From contig CAYTEK010000002.1 of NCBI GenBank assembly GCA_964436715.1, forward strand, positions 4,282 to 68,281: a stretch of 64,000 bases of DNA, in the 5' to 3' direction. This stretch comes from an uncultured Verrucomicrobiota bacterium. Lineage in GTDB: Bacteria; Verrucomicrobiota; Kiritimatiellia; CAIQIC01; Lenti-01. The notes under the pieces are model-generated. The model saw only the letters and a program-made list of their open reading frames with translations. It had not been told where the DNA came from and searched no databases. Positions 47,285 through 54,233 of this stretch are shown here, piece after piece. Position numbers and translations under genes: made by a program. The number at the start of each line of letters is the position of its first letter. Within the stretch, counting starts at the first letter, position 1.

Positions 47285-48079
47285 TCAGAAAAACACTTCC
47301 GGCACCATGACGACGTCGTTGGGCTCCAGCGGCACGTCCTGTTGCTTGCCTTTGCCGTCCAGCAGGTCCGACACGCGAATCTTCAGCGTGGTTTGGCGGC
47401 CATTCGGCAATTTCCGGACGATGCGGACGCGATCGGGGCTGGCGAGATCGGTGAAGCCCCCCGCCCCGGCGATCGCCTGCAGCAAGGTCGTCGTGCCGCC
47501 GAAGGGCAGCGGATAGACGCCGGGCGCCTTGACCTCGCCCAACACGGTGATTTGCGAACTCTGCGTGGTCAGCAGCTTGACGATGACGCGCGGATTGACC
47601 AGGTAGTCCTGATCCAGTTTTTCGGCGATGAACGTCTCGGCCTCCGCGACCGTCTTGCCGGCCAAGGGGATCGCGCCCGCCAGCGAATGGCGGACGTCGC
47701 CCGCGGGATCGAGCTTGAACGTGCCGGACAGATCCGGCTCGCGATAGATCTGGAGATCGATTTCGTCGCCGGCTTGCAGCCGATATTCGACGGGCGCGGC
47801 CGCGGCCGCGGCGGGCGGCGCATCCTCCAGGTTGGCGGGCTTCGCGCGGGCGGCCTTCTTGGGGGTCGCATCGTTTTTCGCGGCGGCTCCGGCGACGCCT
47901 TGTGCGTCGCGCGCCGGCGCGGAAGTTTCCGCCGGCATCCCGGACGCAGGCGCGGCGCCCAAGAACCCGTCCGGCGGCCGCGGCCGCGTCTCGCCGGCGC
48001 ACCCCGTCAACCAAGCCAAGACCAGAACCGTCCCCCAGAGCGTGCGCCCATGGCCCAATCTGTTCAAGCGATGCGGCAT
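47285..48079 (-). CDS. wza: Polysaccharide export outer-membrane lipoprotein (Wza/OPX family: Poly_export + SLBB)
   Basis: Lipobox 'LAWLTGC'. 'YRLQAGDEIDLQIYREPDLSG' is the Poly_export motif; 'LGEVKAPGVYPLP...TLLQAIAGAGG' is SLBB. Confidence 0.8.
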   Translation of the reverse strand: MPHRLNRLGHGRTLWGTVLVLAWLTGCAGETRPRPPDGFLGAAPASGMPAETSAPARDAQGVAGAAAKNDATPKKAARAKPANLEDAPPAAAAAAPVEYRLQAGDEIDLQIYREPDLSGTFKLDPAGDVRHSLAGAIPLAGKTVAEAETFIAEKLDQDYLVNPRVIVKLLTTQSSQITVLGEVKAPGVYPLPFGGTTTLLQAIAGAGGFTDLASPDRVRIVRKLPNGRQTTLKIRVSDLLDGKGKQQDVPLEPNDVVMVPEVFF

Positions 48080-48135
48080 GCGGTTTTCTATAGCACGATC
48101 GTTCCGAAAAGAAAACGCCGGAATGCGGCCGGCTT

Positions 48136-49413
48136 TCAATAATTCCAGCTGGCGCGCAGCGACCAGCGGCCTTGTTCGTAGGAATTCGCTTCCTGCGACT
48201 CCTCGTCGCCGTCCACGTCGCCGTCGCGGCGCATGTAGGAATAGGCCGCACCGACGGAGAAGCGGTCCTTGCTCCACCAATCCACGCCGAGCGAGAAGCC
48301 CCAGTAGCGATCGGTCCGGCCATCCCAATCTTCATCCGCGGCCGCGTCGCCGCCGGAATAATCGATTTGCCCGAACGTGGCCGACGCGGTCCCGCGCAAG
48401 CGTTCGGTGAACAGGCGGCGCGTGGCGCCGAACACCGCGCCTTGGTCCACCACGTCGGTGGCATCCGCATCGACGGCCGGCCGGACGTCCGCATGGAGCT
48501 CGCCGGTGAACGTGGTCAGACCGAACGGCGAACTCTCGGCCCGCAGCGAGGCGATCCAGTGCGCATAGTCGCCGCGTTCCTCCGCGTCGTAGGCGCGCCA
48601 CATGTAGCCCAGCCGCCCCGTGGCGTTGAACTTGGGCGACTGCTTGCCGCGCAGGCCCAGCGACAGGTCGCAGAAATCGGCGGCGGCGGCCGAATCCGCG
48701 CGCCGCGGATCGTCGCGGCCGGCGCCGGCTTGGGCGAACAGCTGGCTCTTGCCCGACACGCGGTGATACAGCCGGCCCGCGCCATAGTAGCGGTTGTAGT
48801 CCAGATAGCTGTCCGCGTCGAATTCGTGGATTTCCACATTGCCCTGCAGCCCGACGCTGGACTTGCCCGAAATCCGATGCTCCGCGGACAGGTCGCCGAT
48901 CCAGTCCCGCTTGGACACTCGTGCGCCCACCACGGTGTCCACGTCTTCCAGCCGGCGGTAGCCCAGCTGGGCCTGGAGCTGGCTCTTGCCGGTGCGGAAG
49001 ACGCTGCCCAGCCGCAGCAGGTGGCTGGGATCGTCGCTCGCGTCGTCTTCGCTGTCGTAGATCGGCAGGATCAGGCCGTAGTCGGCGTAGACGTGGTTGC
49101 CCGCCGGCCGGCCCCAGATCGCCAGCAGTCCCGGCACCAGCGCCGCGGTCGTGCGTTCCGTGCCGTTGGACGGATCGAGAAACACGTTGTCGTCGCGCTC
49201 GAACACCACGCTCGCGCGCGGCAGCAGCGCGCCGGTCCGCGCCGGCACGTAGAACGGCTCGGCCACCGGGCCGCCCTGGTCGATGGCGGCCGCGGCATCG
49301 ACGCCGCGCGTGTAGAAGCCGGAGGCGTAGCTGTCGTCCGCGGCCCGGGCGGCGCCGGCCGCCCAAACCGCGGCGAGCGCCGCCAGCCTTCCGATGGCAC
49401 CCGCGCACCGCAT
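48136..49413 (-). CDS. Outer-membrane beta-barrel protein (EPS-locus associated, EpsL-like?)
   Basis: Signal peptide 'MRCAGAIGRLAALAAVWAAGAARAADDS'. Alternating beta-strand pattern and a C-terminal '...SLRASWNY' aromatic terminus. Confidence 0.55.
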   Translation of the reverse strand: MRCAGAIGRLAALAAVWAAGAARAADDSYASGFYTRGVDAAAAIDQGGPVAEPFYVPARTGALLPRASVVFERDDNVFLDPSNGTERTTAALVPGLLAIWGRPAGNHVYADYGLILPIYDSEDDASDDPSHLLRLGSVFRTGKSQLQAQLGYRRLEDVDTVVGARVSKRDWIGDLSAEHRISGKSSVGLQGNVEIHEFDADSYLDYNRYYGAGRLYHRVSGKSQLFAQAGAGRDDPRRADSAAAADFCDLSLGLRGKQSPKFNATGRLGYMWRAYDAEERGDYAHWIASLRAESSPFGLTTFTGELHADVRPAVDADATDVVDQGAVFGATRRLFTERLRGTASATFGQIDYSGGDAAADEDWDGRTDRYWGFSLGVDWWSKDRFSVGAAYSYMRRDGDVDGDEESQEANSYEQGRWSLRASWNY

Positions 49414-49415
49414 CG

Positions 49416-51305
49416 TCAGGGAGCTTCCTCGAAGCGGAAGGCCTGGATCAGCTCCACTTCCCCTTCATCGTAGGGGATGCCATCGTCCTTCAGCACGTTC
49501 TGCTGCCACCGATCGGGATGCGTCGCCGACCGGAACGCCTTCTGCTGCACTTGCAGCTGCGTCTTGCCGGCCACGAGGCCGCAGTTGAACCAGCCCACCT
49601 GGCGGGCGGCGAACACGGGCAGCACCTGCGCGAAATCGCTGCCCGTCTGCCGCATCAGCCAATCGGAACAAACGATGGGCCGGCGATAGCGCTGCAACAG
49701 CTCGATCCGCGCCTCGAGGCCTTCGGCGCCTTCGAAGCTGTGGAAGGTGACGAGGTCGGACCGCTCGAGCTTGCGGGCGGCCATCGCGCTGCCGAATTCC
49801 TTCCAGGCGGGCACGGCCAGCGGCTGGGCGGGATCGACGTCGCGGGCCCAGTTGAAGACCTGGTCCAGCAGCGGCAGGCTTTGCTCCCACAGGCCGCCGT
49901 TGCCGGCCGTGTTGTAGAGATCCCAATACAAGACGCGTTCGTCGCGCTTGAACGCGCCCACCACGTCCCGGAGATATTTTTCCAGTTGGGGCCAGGCGGC
50001 GCGATCCTTCACCGCGTCCGGCGCCGGACTGGGCACCCAGCGGGCGTTGTATTCGCCGGCGACCGGTTCGGGCTGCGGGCCGACCTGCGGCCCCTGCCCC
50101 GCCAGATTCAAATCGTCGAACAGCACGGGCACGACGCGCAGGTCGTGCTTCGCGGCCAATTCGAGCAGGCGCTCCACCCGCCGGAGAAAACCGTCCGGAT
50201 CGGCCTGCCAAACGGCATATTGAAGCTGGACGCGAATGGCGGTGTAGCCGACGTCCTGCGCCCAGCCGAGTTCCTGGTCGATCGTGTCGGGATCGAAGGT
50301 GTCGGCCATCCACATTTCGACCGAATTCACCGCGGTGCGCGGAACGTAATTGACGCCTTTGACCGGGCCGAGCTTCTCGTACCAGGCCCAAATGCGCGGC
50401 TCGTCCCAGCGTCCGCCGGGTTCGCCCGCCTGGGCGCGCGGCCTCCGCGCGGGCCGGGTCGCCGCCACGGAAGGCCGAATCGTGGGGCTGGCGTCCGTCA
50501 CCAGCGCGCCGTCGTCCAGCGCGACGAAATCCGACGCCAGGCCCAGATATTCGCCCAAACCCTCCCGGTCGAACGACCGATCGCGGTGCAGGAACGGCTC
50601 CAGATCGGCGAAGAAGGCGTTGCAAAGCTCGAACTGGAACCACGCGGCGTTCGCGGCGTCGTTTTCGGCCTGCGTTTCGACCTGCGGGCCTTCGACGACG
50701 AACCGGATCGCCTCGCCGGATTTCAGTTCGACGCGTTCGCCGCCGCGCGGCGCAACGGAGAGTTCGTAGGCCTCGCTCGCGACGTGCCAGCCTTGGCGGT
50801 CGTCCTGCGCCACGGCAAACGTGCCGCCCTGGGCCGCGATCGCGCCGTCCGCCGTCTCGACGCGGACGTCCAGCGAAGGCGTCGGCGCCCCCGCATGCAC
50901 GCGCAGGCCGCCGCGGAGCAACCGCACGTGGATGCGGCGCACCAAATCGTCCTCGCTCTCCGGCAGCCCGTCGGCCGTGTGGCGCAATTCGTCGATGGCC
51001 AGTTCGGAGTTCGGCGCCACGCAGAGAATCGCGCCCGGCGAGCAGACCAGGCACAGGCGACCGTCCTTGCCCGTGGTCACGCGGACGTTTTCGCCCATGG
51101 CCGCGCCTTCGAACAGATCCCGCAGCTCGGAGCGACCTTCGTGCATGGGCGCGGTGAACACGCGCACCTGCGCCGTCCCGGTCATGGCCGCGACGATGGC
51201 CTCGCCCGCGTTCTCGGCTGCCGCGGCCGACCCAACGCCGAACCCCGCGGCAAACGCGACCGCCACCAGCCGTCCTGCCCGAAAAACGATGCTTGTGTTG
51301 TTCAT
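49416..51305 (-). CDS. Secreted glycoside hydrolase (GH5/cellulase-superfamily TIM barrel) with N-terminal beta-rich domain
   Basis: Signal peptide. 'GVNYVPRTAVNSVEMWMADTFDPDTIDQELGWAQDVGYTAIRVQL' and '...LYWDLYNTAGN' match GH5-type (beta/alpha)8 hydrolases. Confidence 0.6.
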   Translation of the reverse strand: MNNTSIVFRAGRLVAVAFAAGFGVGSAAAAENAGEAIVAAMTGTAQVRVFTAPMHEGRSELRDLFEGAAMGENVRVTTGKDGRLCLVCSPGAILCVAPNSELAIDELRHTADGLPESEDDLVRRIHVRLLRGGLRVHAGAPTPSLDVRVETADGAIAAQGGTFAVAQDDRQGWHVASEAYELSVAPRGGERVELKSGEAIRFVVEGPQVETQAENDAANAAWFQFELCNAFFADLEPFLHRDRSFDREGLGEYLGLASDFVALDDGALVTDASPTIRPSVAATRPARRPRAQAGEPGGRWDEPRIWAWYEKLGPVKGVNYVPRTAVNSVEMWMADTFDPDTIDQELGWAQDVGYTAIRVQLQYAVWQADPDGFLRRVERLLELAAKHDLRVVPVLFDDLNLAGQGPQVGPQPEPVAGEYNARWVPSPAPDAVKDRAAWPQLEKYLRDVVGAFKRDERVLYWDLYNTAGNGGLWEQSLPLLDQVFNWARDVDPAQPLAVPAWKEFGSAMAARKLERSDLVTFHSFEGAEGLEARIELLQRYRRPIVCSDWLMRQTGSDFAQVLPVFAARQVGWFNCGLVAGKTQLQVQQKAFRSATHPDRWQQNVLKDDGIPYDEGEVELIQAFRFEEAP

Positions 51306-51332
51306 GGCCTGCTATACCTTTTCGCTTGGAAC

Positions 51333-51797
51333 ATGTCGTTGCCCGCACCCGAATCCCGCGAAATCGTCGAGGCGCTCCTGCGCCAGCGCACGCGCGTTGC
51401 CTTCCGCGCCCAGGGTCCCAGCATGAATCCGACCATTCGCGACGGAGAGACCGTTTTCGTCCGCCCCGCGGACGCGAACGCCTTCCACATTGGAAGCGTT
51501 GTACTGTATCGAACGTCCGGCCGTTTGGCACTTCACAGAATCGCTTTTAACGATAAACGAACAAAACGGCTGTTTCTGGTCGGAGACGCTGCCGTCGCCG
51601 GCGGCGAATGGATTCCGGCCGCCGACGTGATCGGCCTCGCGGAAGGACTGCGCCGCAACGACGCCGTCCGCCGGCTGGACGCCTTCGGCCGCCGCTTGGC
51701 GGGCCGCCTGCGCTTCGCCTTGCGCCCGCTGCGCCGCGCGCTCTGGAATTTCCGCCAGACGCATCATGCGCAAACTCCGGCCCGCGGGGATTCCTGA
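51333..51797 (+). CDS. S24/S26-type (LexA/signal-peptidase-like) serine peptidase
   Basis: 'RAQGPSMNPTIRDGETVFVRP' nucleophile motif and a downstream Lys. The 3' end overlaps the convergent kinase gene by 34 nt. Confidence 0.5.
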   Translation: MSLPAPESREIVEALLRQRTRVAFRAQGPSMNPTIRDGETVFVRPADANAFHIGSVVLYRTSGRLALHRIAFNDKRTKRLFLVGDAAVAGGEWIPAADVIGLAEGLRRNDAVRRLDAFGRRLAGRLRFALRPLRRALWNFRQTHHAQTPARGDS

Positions 51798-52663
51798 AGT
51801 TCCGCCGCCGCCCGCACCGCGTCCGGCGTTTTCGTGAAATGCAGCCGGGCGACGGCGACCTCGCGCACCAGGCGATCCAGCCCGTCCAGAATTCCCTGCG
51901 ACCACTCTTCCTCGAACCACGGCACCGCCGCCACGTCCAGCAGAGCCAGGCGCGATTGGGCGGCGGTCATCGGTTCCGCGCGATCCTGCGCGTCCTGTTT
52001 CAGGAACGCGATCCCGCCCAGCGGCACTTCCGCCGCTTCGGCGAAGCGTCCCGATCCCGGCCACGGCGTGCCGGCCACCCGCCAAGCGGCGCCGCGGCGG
52101 AACACCGCGACGCGATCGTCGTTGAGAATCCGCCAGCCGGCATCCCGCAGCAACGCCGACATCGTGGATTTGCCCGCGCCGCTGCGGCCCGCGAACACCC
52201 AGCCCATCCCGTCTTTCACGGCCACCGCCGCATGCAGCAAGGCGCCGCCCATCTGCGACAGCAGGCCCCACGTCCAAATCTGGTCCACCGGATAGCGCAA
52301 CGGCGCCTCGCAAACGCCGGCACGCCACGCGGAAGCCGGCAGCGCCAGTTCCGCGCGCGTCAAGTCGCGCGCCACGCGGCCGATCATGCGCCGTTCCTCC
52401 GGCGCCCCCAAGCCGACGTGGACGACCAGATCCGCGCCGTCTTTCCAAGCCGCCCAATGGCGCCCCGCGCGCCAGAGCGGCGCGTCCGCGGGCGGCGCCG
52501 CGGTGCCGCAAACGATCTCCACCGGCAATTCGCGCAGCGGCGCGCCGCCGCCGGTGGAATAAAAAGCCGCATGGGGCGGCGCGCCATAGCGCACCGTCCC
52601 CGCGCACGCGGTCCGCAGCGCAAAGCGCAGCGGCCCGACGTCCAAATGCCCGGCGCCGGTCAC
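51764..52663 (-). CDS. HPr-kinase-related P-loop kinase (HprK C-terminal-domain-like)
   Basis: 'HAAVAVKDGMGWVFAGRSGAGKSTMSALL' is the HprK-type Walker A. The GTG start makes a GTGA overlap with the small ORF stop. Confidence 0.65.
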   Translation of the reverse strand: MTGAGHLDVGPLRFALRTACAGTVRYGAPPHAAFYSTGGGAPLRELPVEIVCGTAAPPADAPLWRAGRHWAAWKDGADLVVHVGLGAPEERRMIGRVARDLTRAELALPASAWRAGVCEAPLRYPVDQIWTWGLLSQMGGALLHAAVAVKDGMGWVFAGRSGAGKSTMSALLRDAGWRILNDDRVAVFRRGAAWRVAGTPWPGSGRFAEAAEVPLGGIAFLKQDAQDRAEPMTAAQSRLALLDVAAVPWFEEEWSQGILDGLDRLVREVAVARLHFTKTPDAVRAAAELQESPRAGVCA

Positions 52664-52845
52664 GAACCTCCCTCGTAGGCCACCACGGGCGGCCCCACGC
52701 AGCGGTAGTCGGCATCCAGCTTGCAGCCTTCGGACAACGTCTCCGCCAACGCCAGATCCACCCGTTGGATTTCCGGCTTTTCGTAGCGGGGGCGCGGGGC
52801 CGGACTCTCGTCGGGGGTGGAAATTCGTTCGCAATCCGGTTTCAT
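52660..52845 (-). CDS. Small ORF (61 aa), candidate precursor or partner peptide of the rSAM/PqqD/kinase cassette
   Basis: Strong RBS GGAGGAACGCC-ATG. The ATG overlaps the rSAM stop (ATGA) and the stop overlaps the kinase GTG (GTGA). Peptide: MKPDCERISTPDESPAPRPRYEKPEIQRVDLALAETLSEGCKLDADYRCVGPPVVAYEGGS. Confidence 0.4.
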   Translation of the reverse strand: MKPDCERISTPDESPAPRPRYEKPEIQRVDLALAETLSEGCKLDADYRCVGPPVVAYEGGS

Positions 52846-53936
52846 GGCGTTCCTCCGTTCCGGCGGCCCAGCGCCGCCGCATATCGCAATTCCGTCGTTT
52901 GCCGCATGTAATCCGACTCCCGTTCTTCGTCGCCCGTTTCCAGGCGGTTGAACGCGGGACAATGGACGCAGGCGCCGCGGCGTTCGCCGAACAGGCTGCC
53001 GTCCGTTTGCGTGCGCGTCCGGCGGCGGATGTCCGCCAAATCGCCGGCCCAGACTTCGCGGAACGGCCGACCGGCGGCGGCGCAGGCATAGGCCGTCGCC
53101 AGCAAACACGGCGTCAGGTTGCCGAACGGGTCGCAATGAAAGGACGTCCGGCCGGCCGCGCAGGCATACAATTGGTCGCCGGCGGGATGCGCGGCGGTTT
53201 TCTCGATCTTCTCGCGCCACATCCGGCGCCGCTCGGGCGTCGCCAGGTCCGCCCGCACCACTTCCTCCGGCGACACGCGCAGCGCCAGCGGCGCGCGCGA
53301 ACCGTCTTCCAGGCACGGAAAAATCGCCGCATCGTGCCGGAAAGTCGCGCCGCTGGCCGCGGCCTGCCGCTCCATTTCGGCGCGCTCGCCGCAATTGCCT
53401 TTCATCAAGACGGTTTTCAGCGCGACGCGCACGCCGGCCGCCTGCAGCCGGCGGATGCCCGCCCAGGCCCGCGCGTGCGAACCCGGCGCGCCGGTGATCG
53501 CGTCGTGGGTGGCCGCCGTCGCGCCGTAGAGGCTGATTTCCACCTTGCGCGGCGCCCATTCGCGGAACAGCCCCGCGATCTCGTCCGTGACGAGCGTCCC
53601 GTTGGTGAAGACGGTCACGACCAGGCCCAATTCGCGGGCCTGGCGATGGATCTCCGCGAAATCCGGCCGCAGCAAAGGTTCGCCGCCGGTGAGCGTGAGA
53701 TAGAGGCACCCCGCCTCGGCCCATTCGGCCAGCGCCGCCCGCACGGCGGCGGTGTCGAGTTCGCGCGGCTGGCGGCGACGTTGCTCCGCCTGGTCGCCCA
53801 GATAGCAGTGGACGCAGCGCAAGTTGCAGCGCCGCGTCAGTTCCAGCGTCGCGGCGATCGGTCGCCGCGCCGCGGCGGCGCGCAGGCGGAACGCTTCGGT
53901 CCAATCCCGGGGCCGGGAGTCGCTGGCGCGGTTCAT
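52842..53936 (-). CDS. Radical SAM enzyme with C-terminal SPASM domain (peptide-modifying maturase type)
   Basis: 'CNLRCVHC' CX3CX2C cluster, 'LTGGEPLL', and the SPASM cysteines 'CAAGRTSFHCDPFGNLTPC...GACVHCPAF'. Confidence 0.85.
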   Translation of the reverse strand: MNRASDSRPRDWTEAFRLRAAAARRPIAATLELTRRCNLRCVHCYLGDQAEQRRRQPRELDTAAVRAALAEWAEAGCLYLTLTGGEPLLRPDFAEIHRQARELGLVVTVFTNGTLVTDEIAGLFREWAPRKVEISLYGATAATHDAITGAPGSHARAWAGIRRLQAAGVRVALKTVLMKGNCGERAEMERQAAASGATFRHDAAIFPCLEDGSRAPLALRVSPEEVVRADLATPERRRMWREKIEKTAAHPAGDQLYACAAGRTSFHCDPFGNLTPCLLATAYACAAAGRPFREVWAGDLADIRRRTRTQTDGSLFGERRGACVHCPAFNRLETGDEERESDYMRQTTELRYAAALGRRNGGTP

Positions 53937-54226
53937 GCGCGCACCTCCTCCAGCAGCCGCTGAACCAGCAATTCGCCGGCGAATTCCCGGCAATCGGCCA
54001 GCGCCGCTTCCGGCGCGACGGCGAATTCGGCCGCCAGCGCCGCCGCCGTGGCGGCCAAGGTGCGGCCACCGGCCAAGGCATTCCAAATGAATTCGCCCGT
54101 CGCGTTGATCGGAAACACGCAGCCTTCCCGGGCGACGGCGCCCGACACCGGCACGAGCAGGCGGTCGGCGCCGATCCGGCGCACCACCACCTTGCCTGCC
54201 ACCTCGAATGTCGCCGCGTCGTTCAT
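53933..54226 (-). CDS. PqqD-family protein (RiPP recognition element/peptide chaperone)
   Basis: A ~97-aa protein, 'AGKVVVRRIGADRLLVPVSGAVAREGCVFPINATGEFIWNAL', with the PqqD fold pattern. ATGA overlap with the rSAM gene. Confidence 0.7.
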   Translation of the reverse strand: MNDAATFEVAGKVVVRRIGADRLLVPVSGAVAREGCVFPINATGEFIWNALAGGRTLAATAAALAAEFAVAPEAALADCREFAGELLVQRLLEEVRA

Positions 54227-54233
54227 TCCCGGT

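Noticed and set aside
47265-48494. 409-aa minus ORF overlapping wza in another frame
   Set aside because: The Wza frame (47285..48079) has a lipobox and Poly_export/SLBB motifs. This alternative frame is low complexity.
48921-51797. 958-aa plus-strand ORF
   Set aside because: Only its last 154 codons (51333-51797) look like a real S24 peptidase. The rest is antisense to the OM barrel and GH genes.
21603-54081. Long N-terminal extensions in the ORF track for many minus-strand genes (e.g. 21603..23543, 25598..27676, 36725..38728, 41712..45179, 43811..46303, 52660..54081)
   Set aside because: The extensions run through upstream genes in other frames and are Arg/Gly-rich. True starts were placed at internal ATG/GTG codons that form 4-nt overlaps with the upstream stop and begin recognisable domains.
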